From Paenibacillaceae bacterium (lineage in GTDB: Bacteria; Bacillota; Bacilli; Paenibacillales; Paenibacillaceae): a DNA stretch of 64,000 nt. Position 1 is the first letter of the stretch. Each line of letters opens with the position of its first letter. The notes beneath the pieces were generated by a model. That model saw only the letters and a list, made by a program, of their open reading frames with translations. It searched no databases and was not told where the DNA came from. This document shows positions 9,081-19,568 of the stretch, piece after piece. The DNA is taken from NCBI GenBank assembly GCA_036563895.1, contig DATCLN010000202.1:366-64365 (forward strand). Reading direction: 5' to 3'. Made by a program: the position numbers and the translations under genes.

Positions 9081-9115
9081 GTGGGTAAAAGTGGGGGATA
9101 GTGGTGGACGATGGG
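9081..9115 (+). promoter_or_regulatory. MraZ-box array (phased GTGGG repeats) in the dcw promoter region
   Basis: GTGGG at 9081, GTGGG at 9091, GTGGT at 9101 and aTGGG at 9111, in exact 10-nt phasing, ending 18 nt before the mraZ ATG. Confidence 0.6.
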
Positions 9116-9132
9116 GGAGGTGACGAGGGCCG

Positions 9133-9570
9133 ATGTTTTTGGGGGAATACCAGCACACCATCGACGAGAAAGGCCGCATCACCATTCCCGCCAAATTCCG
9201 CGAGGCCCTCGGCGCCGAATTCGTCGTCACCCGCGGGCTGGACAGCTGCCTGTTCGTCTACCCGATGGACGAATGGAAGGCGCTGGAGCAGCGGCTGAAG
9301 TCGCTGCCCATGATGAAGTCCGACGCCCGCGCCTTCGCGCGCCTGTTCTTCTCGGGAGCATCCGTATGCGAGTGGGACAGGCAGGGCAGAATCAACGTGC
9401 CGGCGCACCTCAGGGAATACGCCCGGCTCGAGAAGGACTGTGTCGTCATCGGCGTGTCGAATCGTGTGGAAATCTGGGACAAGGCGACGTGGGATTCGTA
9501 CACGGCCGGGGCCCAGGCGTCGTTTGGCGAGATCGCGGAAAAACTGGTGGATTTCGATTTCAACTTCTGA
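9133..9570 (+). CDS. mraZ: Transcriptional regulator MraZ
   Basis: A 145-aa ORF starting [24 protein letters not shown], with the second SpoVT/AbrB-like half [16 protein letters not shown]. It is the first gene of the dcw cluster. Confidence 0.95.
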   Translation: MFLGEYQHTIDEKGRITIPAKFREALGAEFVVTRGLDSCLFVYPMDEWKALEQRLKSLPMMKSDARAFARLFFSGASVCEWDRQGRINVPAHLREYARLEKDCVVIGVSNRVEIWDKATWDSYTAGAQASFGEIAEKLVDFDFNF

Positions 9571-9627
9571 CCGTCGTCTTTCGGGCCCGTTGCGGGTACG
9601 GTCAGGATTTCGCTTTTGGAGGCCGGC

Positions 9628-10608
9628 ATGGCACATCACGTTACGGTGCTGGGGAAAGAGGCGGTGGACGGCCTGAACGTGCGGCCGGACGGGCTGTATG
9701 TGGATTGCACCGTAGGCGCGGGCGGCCACAGCGAGCTGATCGCTTCCCGGCTGGGACCGCGCGGCCGGCTGATCGGCCTCGACCGGGACGAGGCGGCGCT
9801 TGCCCTCGCCCGCGAGCGTCTTGGCCGCTTTGGAGACAAGGTCATCCTCGTAAAAAGCGATTTCCGCCGTCTGGCCGACGCGCTGCGCCGCGCGGGCGCG
9901 CCGCAGGAGGGCGGCGTGCCGCGGGCCGACGGCTTCCTGTTCGATCTGGGCGTGTCGAGCATGCAGCTGGACGAGGCGGAACGCGGATTCAGCTACCAGC
10001 TTGACGCGCCCCTGGACATGCGGATGGACCGGTCGCAGCCGCTCACCGCCCGCGATATCGTCAACGGGTGGAGCGAGGAAGAGCTGGCCGCCGTCATCCG
10101 CGATTACGGCGAGGAACGGTACGCCCGGGCCATCGCCCGGCGCATCGTCCGCGAACGGCGGCGGGCGCCCATCGAAACGACGGGGCGGCTGGCGGAAATC
10201 GTCAAGGAGGCCATCCCCGCGGCGGCGAGAAGAACCGGGCCGCATCCGGCGAAGCGGACCTTCCAGGCGATCCGGATCGCCGTCAACGACGAGCTCGGCG
10301 CGCTGCGGGAAGGGCTTGGGCAGGCGATCGAATGCCTTGCGCCCGGCGGAAGAATCGCGGTGATCACCTTCCATTCTCTGGAAGATCGCATCGTCAAAGA
10401 AACCTTCGCGAAGGAGGCGGCTTCCTGCCGCTGCCCGCCGGATTTTCCGGTCTGCGTGTGCGGCGGCGGACAGGGCAGGCTTCGCCTCGTGCATCGCAAG
10501 CCCGTCGTGCCTTCCGAAGCGGAACGGGCGGCCAATCCGAGAGCCCGGTCGGCAAAGCTGCGGGTGGCGGAGAAGCGGGAAGACGGCCGCTCTCCGGAAG
10601 GCGCCTGA
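9628..10608 (+). CDS. rsmH: 16S rRNA (cytosine1402-N4)-methyltransferase RsmH
   Basis: ORF 9616..10608; ATG 9628 follows TTGGAGG. Motifs: [46 protein letters not shown]. Confidence 0.95.
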   Translation: MAHHVTVLGKEAVDGLNVRPDGLYVDCTVGAGGHSELIASRLGPRGRLIGLDRDEAALALARERLGRFGDKVILVKSDFRRLADALRRAGAPQEGGVPRADGFLFDLGVSSMQLDEAERGFSYQLDAPLDMRMDRSQPLTARDIVNGWSEEELAAVIRDYGEERYARAIARRIVRERRRAPIETTGRLAEIVKEAIPAAARRTGPHPAKRTFQAIRIAVNDELGALREGLGQAIECLAPGGRIAVITFHSLEDRIVKETFAKEAASCRCPPDFPVCVCGGGQGRLRLVHRKPVVPSEAERAANPRARSAKLRVAEKREDGRSPEGA

Positions 10609-10655
10609 ACGGAAGGCGGCGGAACCGGAGAAGGCAAGACAGAGGGGGAACCGGC

Positions 10656-11072
10656 ATGAAATATTACGGCAATCTGGCTCTTCAGCCCGAACGCGCGGGC
10701 GAAAGCGCCCAGCAGCGGGGCGCGGTCCGCAAGACGCGGCGGCGCGCGCTGCCCGTCGGCGAGAAGCTGCTCTACATGCTGACCGTCGCGCTTCTTGTGG
10801 CGGTCGCCGGCGTGGTCATTTACCGGTATGCGGAAATCTACCAGCTGAACCGCACCATCCAGGAACTCAAAGTGGAACACGAGCGCATGATGACGCAGGT
10901 AAAGGAGCTGCAGCGGGAGGTGGAGCGGCTGAAGGACCCGAGCCGCATCGCCGAAGAGGCTTCCCGGCAAGGGTTCATCCGGATCGATTCGCGGGGAATC
11001 GCCGTCGTGACCGATTCCGACCGCATCGGCACCGACCGGAACGACCGCGTCGCCACGGCCATGCGTCCCTGA
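10656..11072 (+). CDS. ftsL: Cell division protein FtsL
   Basis: ATG 10656 follows AGAGGGGG, in the frame of ORF 10068..11072. The 138-aa product has a basic N-tail, a single TM (LLYMLTVALLVAVAGVVIY) and a coiled coil (LNRTIQELKVEHERMMTQVKELQREVERL). Its position between rsmH and pbpB fits ftsL. Confidence 0.8.
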   Translation: MKYYGNLALQPERAGESAQQRGAVRKTRRRALPVGEKLLYMLTVALLVAVAGVVIYRYAEIYQLNRTIQELKVEHERMMTQVKELQREVERLKDPSRIAEEASRQGFIRIDSRGIAVVTDSDRIGTDRNDRVATAMRP

Positions 11073-11127
11073 ACGGGGGCCGCGGACGGGGCGAAGGCGG
11101 TCTTGAGCCGTTTTTCGCACGAAGAGG

Positions 11128-13452
11128 ATGATGCGCATGACCCGGAGGGTGAAAAAAAGATCGCTGCTCCTTGGAGGGTTCATGACCCTCTTTTTTGTCG
11201 GATTGCTGGTCCGGGTTTACTGGGTCCAGGTGGTCAACGCCGAATTTTGGGCCGAACAGGCGCGCAAGACCTGGATCGCCAGCGATACGATCCCCCAGGA
11301 ACGCGGCGTGATCCGGGATCGCATGGGCAGGGTGCTGGTGGACGATGCGACCGCCTATACGGTGGCGGTCGGACCGGACATGCTGGACAAGCTGGAAAGG
11401 GATTTTCCCTCCCTCGGCATCACCGAGCGGATCGTGGCCGAACTGCACGAGGTCCTGGGCAAGCCGGTGCAGGATCTGCGCAAGCTGGTCGCCAAGCGGA
11501 ACGACAAGGGCGAGCTGTATCAGCAGGTGGAAGTCCGCAATGAAGGCTGGAAAGTGGACCGTGAGGTCTACGAGCGGCTGTCCGCCTTCCGCGAGCATCT
11601 GCGCCAGCTGACCGGACGGAAGGACGTCGGCCTCTATTTTCTGGAGGAACGCAAACGCTATTTTCCCAACGGGTCCCTCGCGGCGCACGTGCTCGGATAC
11701 GAGAGCAAGGAAGGCCGGGGGATCGGGGGCATTCTGCAGCGGTATTATGAAGAGCTGGAGGGCAAGCCGGGCAAGATCGTCTACCAGCGGGACGGCACCC
11801 GCACCCAGCTGCCCGGCGGCGAGGTGGAGGTGCAGCAGGCGGTCAACGGCCTGAACATCACCCTGACCATCGACCGGGACATCCAGTATTTCATCGAGGA
11901 AGCGCTCAAGGAAGCGTATGAAAAATATCAGCCCGTCGGTGCGGCGGCCATCGCCATGGATCCGGACACGGGGGAAATCCTGGGCATGGCCAGCCTGCCG
12001 ACCTTCGATCCGAACCGGTACTGGGAGGCGGATCCCGCCGCGTTCCGCAACAACGCCATCCAGGCTCTGTACGAACCCGGTTCCACCTTCAAGATCGTGA
12101 CGCTGGCGGGAGCGGTGGAGGAAGGGCTGTTCGACCCGGAAGAGACTTATAAATCCGGCAGCATCCGGGTCGCCAACTACACGATCCGGGACCACAACAA
12201 CGGCGCCGGCTGGGGCGAAATCACGTACCTGGAAGGGCTCAAGCGCTCCAGCAACGTGGCGTTCGTCAAGCTGGGATACGAAAAGCTCGGCGCCGACAAG
12301 CTGCTCGAATACATCTCGGCGTTCGGTTTCGGCTCGAGGACCGGCATCGAACTGCCGGCGGAAGAGGCCGGGGCAGTGACGATCCGCAAGCAGTACGCCA
12401 CGGAAGTGGCCACGGCGACCTTCGGCCAGGGGCGGCTGCAGGTGACGGCGATCCAGCAGCTCGCCGCGGTGGCCGCCATCGCCAACGGCGGCAAACTGAT
12501 GAAGCCGTATGTGGTCAAATCCGTCACCGATCCCCAGACGGGCGAAACCGTCCATACGGAACCCGTGGTGGTGCGGCAGGTCATTTCGCCGGAGACGAGC
12601 CGGCTGGTGGGCGAATACCTGGAGCAGGTGGTCAGCGACCGCCAGATCGGCACGGGCCGCAACGCCTACATTCCCGGTTACCGCGTGGCGGGCAAGACGG
12701 GCACCGCGCAGAAGGTGGTCGACGGCAAATACGCCGAAGGAAAATACATCGTTTCGTTCATCGGCTACGCGCCGGTGGAGGATCCGCGCATCGTGCTCTA
12801 CGTCGTCATCGACGAACCGCAGGACGAGATGGCCGCCGGCGGTTCCGTGGCGGCTCCGGTGTGGAAGCGGATCATGGAACAGTCGCTGCAGCACCTGGGC
12901 ATCTTTCCGGAGCAGTCGGCCCGGGACGCGGCCGCCGAAATGTCGTCGGCGGCCGGGCCGGTCACCGCGGAAGTGCCGGATGTGACGGGCATGCGGGTGT
13001 CGGAAGCCAAGGCGGTGCTGCGCGCGAAATCGTTCACCGCCGAAGTGGTCGGCAGCGGAAGCGTCGTGGCGCGGCAGCTGCCCGCCGCCGGCAGCGTGCT
13101 GCCGACTTCCCAGCGCGTATATCTGCTGACGGAAGGCAAGGGTTCCGGCGTGCCGGACATGCGGGGCATGCCGCTGCGCGACGCGCTGGAGCTGTGCGCC
13201 TTGCTCGACGCCGAATGCGCGGTGCAGGGAACGGGTTATGTGGTCGACCAGCACGCGGAACAGGCGGACGGGAAATGGCGGGTCTCGCTGACGCTGGCCC
13301 CGGAGGGGCGGGATGCCGGGGCCGCGGAGCCGCAGGAGGGCGGCGAAGGCGGCGGGGATGCCGGTTCCGGGAGCGGCAAATCCGTTCATCCGCCCGCCGA
13401 TTCGCCGGGAACGGGAGTCGCTTCGTTGCCGCGCCGGCTTGGCATCGGCTAG
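11128..13452 (+). CDS. pbpB: Class B penicillin-binding protein PBP2B (division transpeptidase, two PASTA domains)
   Basis: A 774-aa ORF with an N-terminal TM. It carries SxxK (GSTFK), SSN and KTGTA motifs and two C-terminal PASTA repeats (VPDVTGMRVSEA..., VPDMRGMPLRDA...). Synteny supports the call. Confidence 0.9.
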   Translation: MMRMTRRVKKRSLLLGGFMTLFFVGLLVRVYWVQVVNAEFWAEQARKTWIASDTIPQERGVIRDRMGRVLVDDATAYTVAVGPDMLDKLERDFPSLGITERIVAELHEVLGKPVQDLRKLVAKRNDKGELYQQVEVRNEGWKVDREVYERLSAFREHLRQLTGRKDVGLYFLEERKRYFPNGSLAAHVLGYESKEGRGIGGILQRYYEELEGKPGKIVYQRDGTRTQLPGGEVEVQQAVNGLNITLTIDRDIQYFIEEALKEAYEKYQPVGAAAIAMDPDTGEILGMASLPTFDPNRYWEADPAAFRNNAIQALYEPGSTFKIVTLAGAVEEGLFDPEETYKSGSIRVANYTIRDHNNGAGWGEITYLEGLKRSSNVAFVKLGYEKLGADKLLEYISAFGFGSRTGIELPAEEAGAVTIRKQYATEVATATFGQGRLQVTAIQQLAAVAAIANGGKLMKPYVVKSVTDPQTGETVHTEPVVVRQVISPETSRLVGEYLEQVVSDRQIGTGRNAYIPGYRVAGKTGTAQKVVDGKYAEGKYIVSFIGYAPVEDPRIVLYVVIDEPQDEMAAGGSVAAPVWKRIMEQSLQHLGIFPEQSARDAAAEMSSAAGPVTAEVPDVTGMRVSEAKAVLRAKSFTAEVVGSGSVVARQLPAAGSVLPTSQRVYLLTEGKGSGVPDMRGMPLRDALELCALLDAECAVQGTGYVVDQHAEQADGKWRVSLTLAPEGRDAGAAEPQEGGEGGGDAGSGSGKSVHPPADSPGTGVASLPRRLGIG

Positions 13453-13584
13453 TCCATGACAACAGGTGGCTCGCCCAGTCCGCGGCCGGCCCCTGCCGCG
13501 GGTGGCTTGTTCTAACCCCCGGGCGCCGGGAATAGGCTGTATCAGTCAAAGCCCTTCACCCGGCGCGAAACGGGGGGATTTCTG

Positions 13585-15555
13585 TTGCAGCTGTCCCGGA
13601 TTGCGTCGCGCAGGCGGCTGTACGTCGCCCTGCTAGCGACGGGTCTTCTGTTTGCGGCGCTTCTCGCCCGCCTGGCGTACATCCAGCTGGTGAAAGGCGA
13701 CGAACTCCGGCGCAAGGCGGAGGAATCCTGGCGCCGGGAGGTACCGTTCGCCGCCAGGCGCGGCGAAATCGTCGACCGCAACGGCGTGAAGCTCGCCTAC
13801 AACATCAGTTCGCCCACCGTGCTCGCCATTCCCGCCCAGGTGCGGGATCCGCGGGAAACGGCCCGCAGGCTGGCGCCCGTCCTGGAAATGACGGAGGAAC
13901 GGCTGCTCGAGCTGCTGACCAAACGGGAAAGCATCGTCCGGCTGCAGCCCGGAGGGCGGAAAATTTCGCTGGAAAAAGCCCGGCTCGTCCGGGAGATGGC
14001 CCTTCCCGGCATCGTCGTGGCCGAAGACAACAAGCGCCATTACCCGTTCGGCAGCCTGGCGGCCCATGTGCTCGGCTTTACCGGCATCGACAGCCAGGGG
14101 CTGGCCGGCGTCGAGCTTCAGTACGACGAGCTGCTGCGGGGAATCGGGGGCAGCGTCTCGTATCTCTCGGACGCGGCGGGACGGCAGATGCCTGGCGCGG
14201 GGGAACGCTTCCGCCCGCCGCAGGACGGGCTTACGCTGCAACTGACCCTGGACAAGACGATCCAGGCGATCGTGGAGCGCGAGCTGGACCAGGCCGTGCT
14301 GCAATACGAGCCCGACCGCGCCCTCGCCATCGCCATGGACCCGCGGACGGGCGAAGTGCTGGCCATGGCCTCCCGTCCGGCCTACGAGCCCGACCGCTAC
14401 CGGGATTACGATCCGGAAATCTTCAACCGCAACCTGCCGATCTGGATGACCTACGAACCGGGCTCCACGTTCAAGATCATCACCCTGGCCGCCGCGCTGG
14501 AAGAAGGAAAGGTCGACCTCAAGCGGGAATACTTCTTCGATCCCGGCGCCATCGAGGTGGGGGGCGCCCGGCTCCGCTGCTGGAAGAAGGGCGGACACGG
14601 CAGCCAGACCTTCCTCGAGGTCGTGGAAAACTCCTGCAACCCCGGCTTTGTGGTCCTCGGCCAGCGGCTGGGCAAGGATCTTCTGTTCAAGTACATAGAG
14701 GCTTTCGGCTTCGGGAAAAAGACGGGCATCGACCTCATGGGAGAAGAAAACGGCATCCTGTTCCGGCGGGAGCGGGTCGGCCCCGTGGAGCTGGCCACCA
14801 CTTCCTTCGGGCAAGGGGTGTCGGTGACGCCGATCCAGCAGATCGCGGCCGTCTCGGCGGCCATCAACGGCGGCAAGCTCTACCGGCCTTATGTCGCCAA
14901 GGCGTGGATCCATCCGGAGACGGGCCGGGTGGTGGCGGAGAACGCGCCGCAGCTGGTCCGCCAGGTCATCTCCCCCGAAACTTCGGCGAAAATCCGGGAA
15001 GCCCTGGAAAGCGTCGTGGCGAACGGCACGGGCGGCAACGCCTTTCTGGACGGTTACCGCGTGGGCGGCAAGACCGGCACCGCGCAGAAGGCGGTGGGCG
15101 GCCGCTATTTGCCGAACGAGCACATCGTCTCGTTCATCGGCTTCGCGCCGGCGGACGATCCGCGGATCATCGTCTACGTGGCGGTGGACAATCCGAAGGG
15201 CATCCAGTTCGGCGGCGTGGTGGCGGCGCCCGTTGTGCGGAACATCCTCGCGGACGCGCTGCCGTACCTGGGTGTTGCGCCCCGCCAGGGACAGCTGGAA
15301 AAAAAGCTCCGCTTCGGCGAAACGCCGACGGTGACCGTGCCGAACCTGGTGGGCAAGACGGTATCCGACCTGTATGAGGATTTGAACATGAATTTCCGGC
15401 TGGCCGCCTCCGGACGGGGCGACACCGTCATTCGCCAGGCGCCGGCCGCGGGCGCGCGGGTGCCGAAGGGCTCCGTGATCCGGATCTACCTGGGAAGCGA
15501 AGAACCGGGAAGCGGGGAAGGGAAGCGCAGTCCGGATCCGCGCGGGTCCGCTTGA
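13585..15555 (+). CDS. spoVD: Stage V sporulation protein D (class B PBP, one PASTA domain)
   Basis: A 656-aa ORF with a TTG start after GGGGGG. It carries GSTFK, SCN and KTGTA motifs and a single PASTA domain (VPNLVGKTVSDL). It is the second class B PBP gene of the cluster, as in B. subtilis. Confidence 0.85.
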   Translation: MQLSRIASRRRLYVALLATGLLFAALLARLAYIQLVKGDELRRKAEESWRREVPFAARRGEIVDRNGVKLAYNISSPTVLAIPAQVRDPRETARRLAPVLEMTEERLLELLTKRESIVRLQPGGRKISLEKARLVREMALPGIVVAEDNKRHYPFGSLAAHVLGFTGIDSQGLAGVELQYDELLRGIGGSVSYLSDAAGRQMPGAGERFRPPQDGLTLQLTLDKTIQAIVERELDQAVLQYEPDRALAIAMDPRTGEVLAMASRPAYEPDRYRDYDPEIFNRNLPIWMTYEPGSTFKIITLAAALEEGKVDLKREYFFDPGAIEVGGARLRCWKKGGHGSQTFLEVVENSCNPGFVVLGQRLGKDLLFKYIEAFGFGKKTGIDLMGEENGILFRRERVGPVELATTSFGQGVSVTPIQQIAAVSAAINGGKLYRPYVAKAWIHPETGRVVAENAPQLVRQVISPETSAKIREALESVVANGTGGNAFLDGYRVGGKTGTAQKAVGGRYLPNEHIVSFIGFAPADDPRIIVYVAVDNPKGIQFGGVVAAPVVRNILADALPYLGVAPRQGQLEKKLRFGETPTVTVPNLVGKTVSDLYEDLNMNFRLAASGRGDTVIRQAPAAGARVPKGSVIRIYLGSEEPGSGEGKRSPDPRGSA

Positions 15556-15647
15556 ACGGATCCGCGGATTGCCGGATAATGGGAGTGCGTTGCTCAGGCG
15601 GTCCGGGAAAAGGCGGAAAGCGCCGGACGCGCGAAAGGAGACCGACG

Positions 15648-17141
15648 ATGGCGATGAAACTGGCGGATCTCGGCAGGCACTTGCTCGTTTGCCGCATATC
15701 CGGCGACCCGCAGACGGAAGTGGCGGGACTTGCGTCCGACTCGCGGCGGGTCGGGCCGGGCGATCTGTTTTTTTGCCTGCGCGGCCTGACGCGGGACGGC
15801 CATGACTACGCAGGGGAAGCCGTTGCGAAGGGGGCGGCGGCCCTGGTGGCGGAGCGTCAGCTGCCGCTGCCCGTACCCCAGCTGATCGTCCCCGATGCCC
15901 AGCGGGCGTTGGCCCAGCTGGCCGACGCGTTTTTCGGCCGCCCGACGCGCCTCCTGCGGCCCATCGGGGTCACCGGCACCAACGGCAAGACGACGACCAC
16001 CTGGCTGATCGAGCGCATTCTGCTCGACGCGGGGGTGCCAACGGGTGTCATCGGCACCGTGGAAATCCGCTTCGCCGGACGGAGCCGCCCCGCATCGGTC
16101 ACGACGCCCGACGTGCTGGAGTTGCAGCGGCTGTTCCGCGAAATGGCGGACGCCGGGGTCCGGCGCTGCGTCATGGAAGTGAGTTCCCATGCGCTGGAGC
16201 AGGGCCGCGTCCGCGGCGTGCGGTTCCGCACCGCCGTGTTCACCAACCTGACGCAGGACCATCTGGACTATCATGGCACGATGGAAGCGTACGCCGCGGC
16301 CAAGGGGCTTTTGTTCGCGCGGCTCGGCAACGCCTATGAGGACGATCCGTCGGACCGGAACTACGCCGTGCTGAACGCGGACGACCCGGCGTCGGAACGG
16401 TTTGCGCGCATGACCAGCGCGGAAGTGGTCACCTACGGCATCGAACGGGAAGCGATGGTGCGCGCCGTGGACGTGAAGGCGACCGCCCGGGGGGCGTCGT
16501 TTACGGCGGAGACGTTTGCCGGTTCGCGGCGCATCAACCTGCGGCTGGTGGGCAGGTTCAACGTGTACAACGCCCTGGCCGCGCTGGCGGCCGCCCTGTG
16601 CGAAGGCATCCCGCTGGAAGCCGCCGCGGCCAGCCTGGAACGCGTTGCCGGCGTGCCCGGGCGGCTGGAGCCGGTGGACGCGGGGCAGCCCTTCACCGTC
16701 GTGGTCGATTACGCCCACACGCCGGACGGGCTCGAAAATGTGCTGCGCGCCGTGCGGGAAATCGCGGACGGGCGCGTCATCTGCGTGTTCGGCTGCGGCG
16801 GCGACCGGGACCGGACGAAGCGGCCGGTCATGGGGCGCATCGCCGCGACCCTTGCCGATTTCGTATGGGTGACCAGCGACAACCCGCGCAGCGAGGACCC
16901 CGCGGCGATCATCCGGGACATCGAAGCCGGGCTCGCCGAGGCCGGCTGTCCGGCGGACCGCTACGCGACGGAAGCCGACCGGCGGACGGCCATCTTCCGC
17001 GCGGTTGAAATGGCCGGACCCGGGGATGTAGTATTGATTGCAGGCAAAGGACACGAGACGTACCAGATCGTCGGCGGCGAGACGCTGCCGTTCGACGACC
17101 GTCTGGTGGCGTCGGAAGCGATAAGGAGCCGTATGCGTTGA
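15648..17141 (+). CDS. murE: UDP-MurNAc-L-Ala-D-Glu:meso-diaminopimelate ligase MurE
   Basis: ATG 15648 follows GAAAGGAG. It has GVTGTNGKTTT and a DNPR motif (TSDNPRSEDP, typical of DAP-adding MurE). The product is 497 aa. Confidence 0.95.
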   Translation: MAMKLADLGRHLLVCRISGDPQTEVAGLASDSRRVGPGDLFFCLRGLTRDGHDYAGEAVAKGAAALVAERQLPLPVPQLIVPDAQRALAQLADAFFGRPTRLLRPIGVTGTNGKTTTTWLIERILLDAGVPTGVIGTVEIRFAGRSRPASVTTPDVLELQRLFREMADAGVRRCVMEVSSHALEQGRVRGVRFRTAVFTNLTQDHLDYHGTMEAYAAAKGLLFARLGNAYEDDPSDRNYAVLNADDPASERFARMTSAEVVTYGIEREAMVRAVDVKATARGASFTAETFAGSRRINLRLVGRFNVYNALAALAAALCEGIPLEAAAASLERVAGVPGRLEPVDAGQPFTVVVDYAHTPDGLENVLRAVREIADGRVICVFGCGGDRDRTKRPVMGRIAATLADFVWVTSDNPRSEDPAAIIRDIEAGLAEAGCPADRYATEADRRTAIFRAVEMAGPGDVVLIAGKGHETYQIVGGETLPFDDRLVASEAIRSRMR

Positions 17142-18604
17142 TCAGGGCGAAACTGGGAGACATCGCCGCCTGGTGCGAGGCGGCGATTTCGGAGCCGAAC
17201 CGGGAAAACGAAGAGATCCGCGGGGTGTCTACCGACACGCGCACGCTGAAGCCGGGCGAGCTGTTTGTGCCCATTGAGGGGGAACGGCACGACGGCCACG
17301 ATTTTGTCGCCGACGCCGCCCGCGCCGGTGCCGCGGCCGCCCTGTGGCGGCGCGGCAGACCCGTGCCGGAGGAAGGCGCCGGCCTTCCGCTGCTCCTGGT
17401 GGACGATCCGCTGGAGGCCTTGCAGAAGCTGGCGGAGCGGTACCGCGCTTCGCTCGGGGCGAAAGTGGTGGCGGTCACCGGAAGCAATGGCAAGACGACC
17501 ACGAAGGACCTCATCGCCTCCGTGCTGGCTCAGCGGCTGCGCGTGCACAAGACGGCCGGCAACCTGAACAACCACATCGGTCTGCCGCTTACCATCCTGC
17601 GGGCGGATCCGGACACGGAAGCGCTCGTGGTGGAGATGGGCATGAGCGGGCGGGGCGAAATTTCGCGCCTCACCCGGCTGGCCAGGCCGGATGTGGCGGT
17701 GATCACCAACATTGGCGAAGCGCATCTGATGCAGCTCGGCTCGCGGCGCAACATCGCGCGGGCCAAGCTGGAGATCGCCGAGGGCCTTGGGCCCGGCGGC
17801 GTGCTGGTCGTTCCGGAAAACGAACCGCTGATCCGGGAAGAACTGGCCGCTTCTCCCCCGCCCGCGGGCGTCCGCGTGTTCACCTTCGGGGAAGGGGCGG
17901 ACAGCGATGTTCGGGTGCACGGCATCCGTGCGGACGTGGACGGCACGGCGTTCCGCCTGGCTTTCGGACCGGCGCTTGATCCGGATCCGGCCGGGCCGGC
18001 GGAGGAAGGGGAGCCGTTCCGGGTGCCCCTGCCCGGCCGGCACAACGCCGTGAATGCCGCGGCCGCCGCGGCCGTGGGAAGGCTTTTCGGCCTGGACGCC
18101 GAAGCCATCCGGCGCGGGCTGGCGGAGGCTTCCGTCACCGGCATGCGCATCGAGCGCACGGCGGCCTGGAACGGCGCCGTCCTGCTCAACGACGCCTACA
18201 ACGCGAGCCCGACCTCGGTGCGGGCAGCCATCAGCCTTGTCGGGGAACTCTCCGGGTTCCGGCGGAAATGGCTGCTCCTGGGCGACATGCTGGAGCTGGG
18301 CCCCGAAGAAGCCGCCCTGCACGCGGCCATCGGCCGGGAAGCGGCGTCCCGCGGGGTGGATCGGCTGTACACGTACGGAAAGCTTGCGGCGCACATCGCC
18401 GAGGAAGCCGCGCGCCTCATGCCGGAGGAGGGCCGGGTGCGGCACTTCGGGGACAAGGCCGCCCTGGCGGCCGCCGTCATGGAGGAGCTGGATCCGGCCG
18501 ACCTGGTGCTGGTCAAGGCTTCGCGCGGCATGAAGATGGAAGAGGTGGTCCATTTGCTGCAGGCCGGACCCGGCGGAGGGACTGGAGGGGAAACCCATGG
18601 ATAA
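17138..18604 (+). CDS. murF: UDP-MurNAc-tripeptide:D-Ala-D-Ala ligase MurF
   Basis: The TTG start lies 9 nt after AAGGAG and overlaps the murE stop by 4 nt. It has VTGSNGKTTTK and is 488 aa long. Confidence 0.93.
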   Translation: MIRAKLGDIAAWCEAAISEPNRENEEIRGVSTDTRTLKPGELFVPIEGERHDGHDFVADAARAGAAAALWRRGRPVPEEGAGLPLLLVDDPLEALQKLAERYRASLGAKVVAVTGSNGKTTTKDLIASVLAQRLRVHKTAGNLNNHIGLPLTILRADPDTEALVVEMGMSGRGEISRLTRLARPDVAVITNIGEAHLMQLGSRRNIARAKLEIAEGLGPGGVLVVPENEPLIREELAASPPPAGVRVFTFGEGADSDVRVHGIRADVDGTAFRLAFGPALDPDPAGPAEEGEPFRVPLPGRHNAVNAAAAAAVGRLFGLDAEAIRRGLAEASVTGMRIERTAAWNGAVLLNDAYNASPTSVRAAISLVGELSGFRRKWLLLGDMLELGPEEAALHAAIGREAASRGVDRLYTYGKLAAHIAEEAARLMPEEGRVRHFGDKAALAAAVMEELDPADLVLVKASRGMKMEEVVHLLQAGPGGGTGGETHG

Positions 18605-19568
18605 CACGGCCGTGCTGTGGGCGGTCGGCGTCGCCTTCGCGCTGGCGGTGCTGCTCGGGCCGCCGGGCATCCCGCTGCTCCGCCGGCTCAAGTTCGGCCA
18701 GCAGGTCCGGGACGACGGCCCGTCGACCCACCTGTCCAAACAGGGAACGCCCACGATGGGCGGAATTCTCATCCTGCTGGCGGCCGCCGTCGCGTTTGTG
18801 CGGTTTTCCGACCGGGGGCTTTCCTTCTGGGCTTTGGTCGTCGCCTGTTTCGGTTTCGGCCTGGTCGGTTTTCTGGACGATTACATCAAGATCGCGTTCA
18901 AGCGTTCCCTGGGGCTGACGGCCCTCCAGAAGCTTGCCGGGCAGCTCTTCTTTGCCGTTCTTTTTTGCCTTTTGCTTTACCTGGACGGACATCCCACCCG
19001 TCTGGCCGTGCCGGGCACGGACTGGTCGCTGGAGCTGGGCTGGGGCTATTGGGTGCTGGCCGTGCTCGTCCTGCTCGCCACCAGCAATGCCGTCAACTTC
19101 ACCGACGGGCTGGACGGGCTTTTGGCCGGGACAAGCGCCCTTGCTTACGGAGCCTTTCTGGTGATCGCGATGGAACGGATGCACCAGCCCGCCGCCGTCT
19201 TCGCCGCGGCGATGATCGGGGCGGTGCTCGGCTTTCTCGTGTTCAACGCCCATCCGGCCAAGGTGTTCATGGGCGACACCGGGTCCCTGGCCATCGGCGG
19301 CGGCCTGGGAGCCGTGGCGCTGCTCACGGGCAATGAGCTTCTGCTTCCGGTCATCGGCGGGGTGTTCGTGGTGGAAATGGTGTCCGTCATCCTGCAGGTG
19401 GTGTCGTTCAAGACGCGGGGCAAACGCATTTTCAAAATGAGCCCCATCCACCACCACTTCGAGCTGTCCGGCTGGTCCGAATGGCGCGTGGTGACGACGT
19501 TCTGGTTCGCCGGCCTGGTGCTTGCCGCCGTCGGCCTCATCTGGTACAAGGGGACCTGGACCGCATGA
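18597..19568 (+). CDS. mraY: Phospho-MurNAc-pentapeptide translocase MraY
   Basis: A 323-aa polytopic membrane ORF with KQGTPTMGG, NAVNFTDGLDGL, GDTGSLAIGG and HHHFE motifs. Confidence 0.95.
   Translation: MDNTAVLWAVGVAFALAVLLGPPGIPLLRRLKFGQQVRDDGPSTHLSKQGTPTMGGILILLAAAVAFVRFSDRGLSFWALVVACFGFGLVGFLDDYIKIAFKRSLGLTALQKLAGQLFFAVLFCLLLYLDGHPTRLAVPGTDWSLELGWGYWVLAVLVLLATSNAVNFTDGLDGLLAGTSALAYGAFLVIAMERMHQPAAVFAAAMIGAVLGFLVFNAHPAKVFMGDTGSLAIGGGLGAVALLTGNELLLPVIGGVFVVEMVSVILQVVSFKTRGKRIFKMSPIHHHFELSGWSEWRVVTTFWFAGLVLAAVGLIWYKGTWTA

Noticed and set aside
13453-13584. Sigma-E-type promoters expected upstream of spoVD (and of spoVE at 20993..21088), by analogy with B. subtilis.
   Set aside because: No convincing ATA...CATACA-T arrangement was found in either spacer. 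They are not reported as features.
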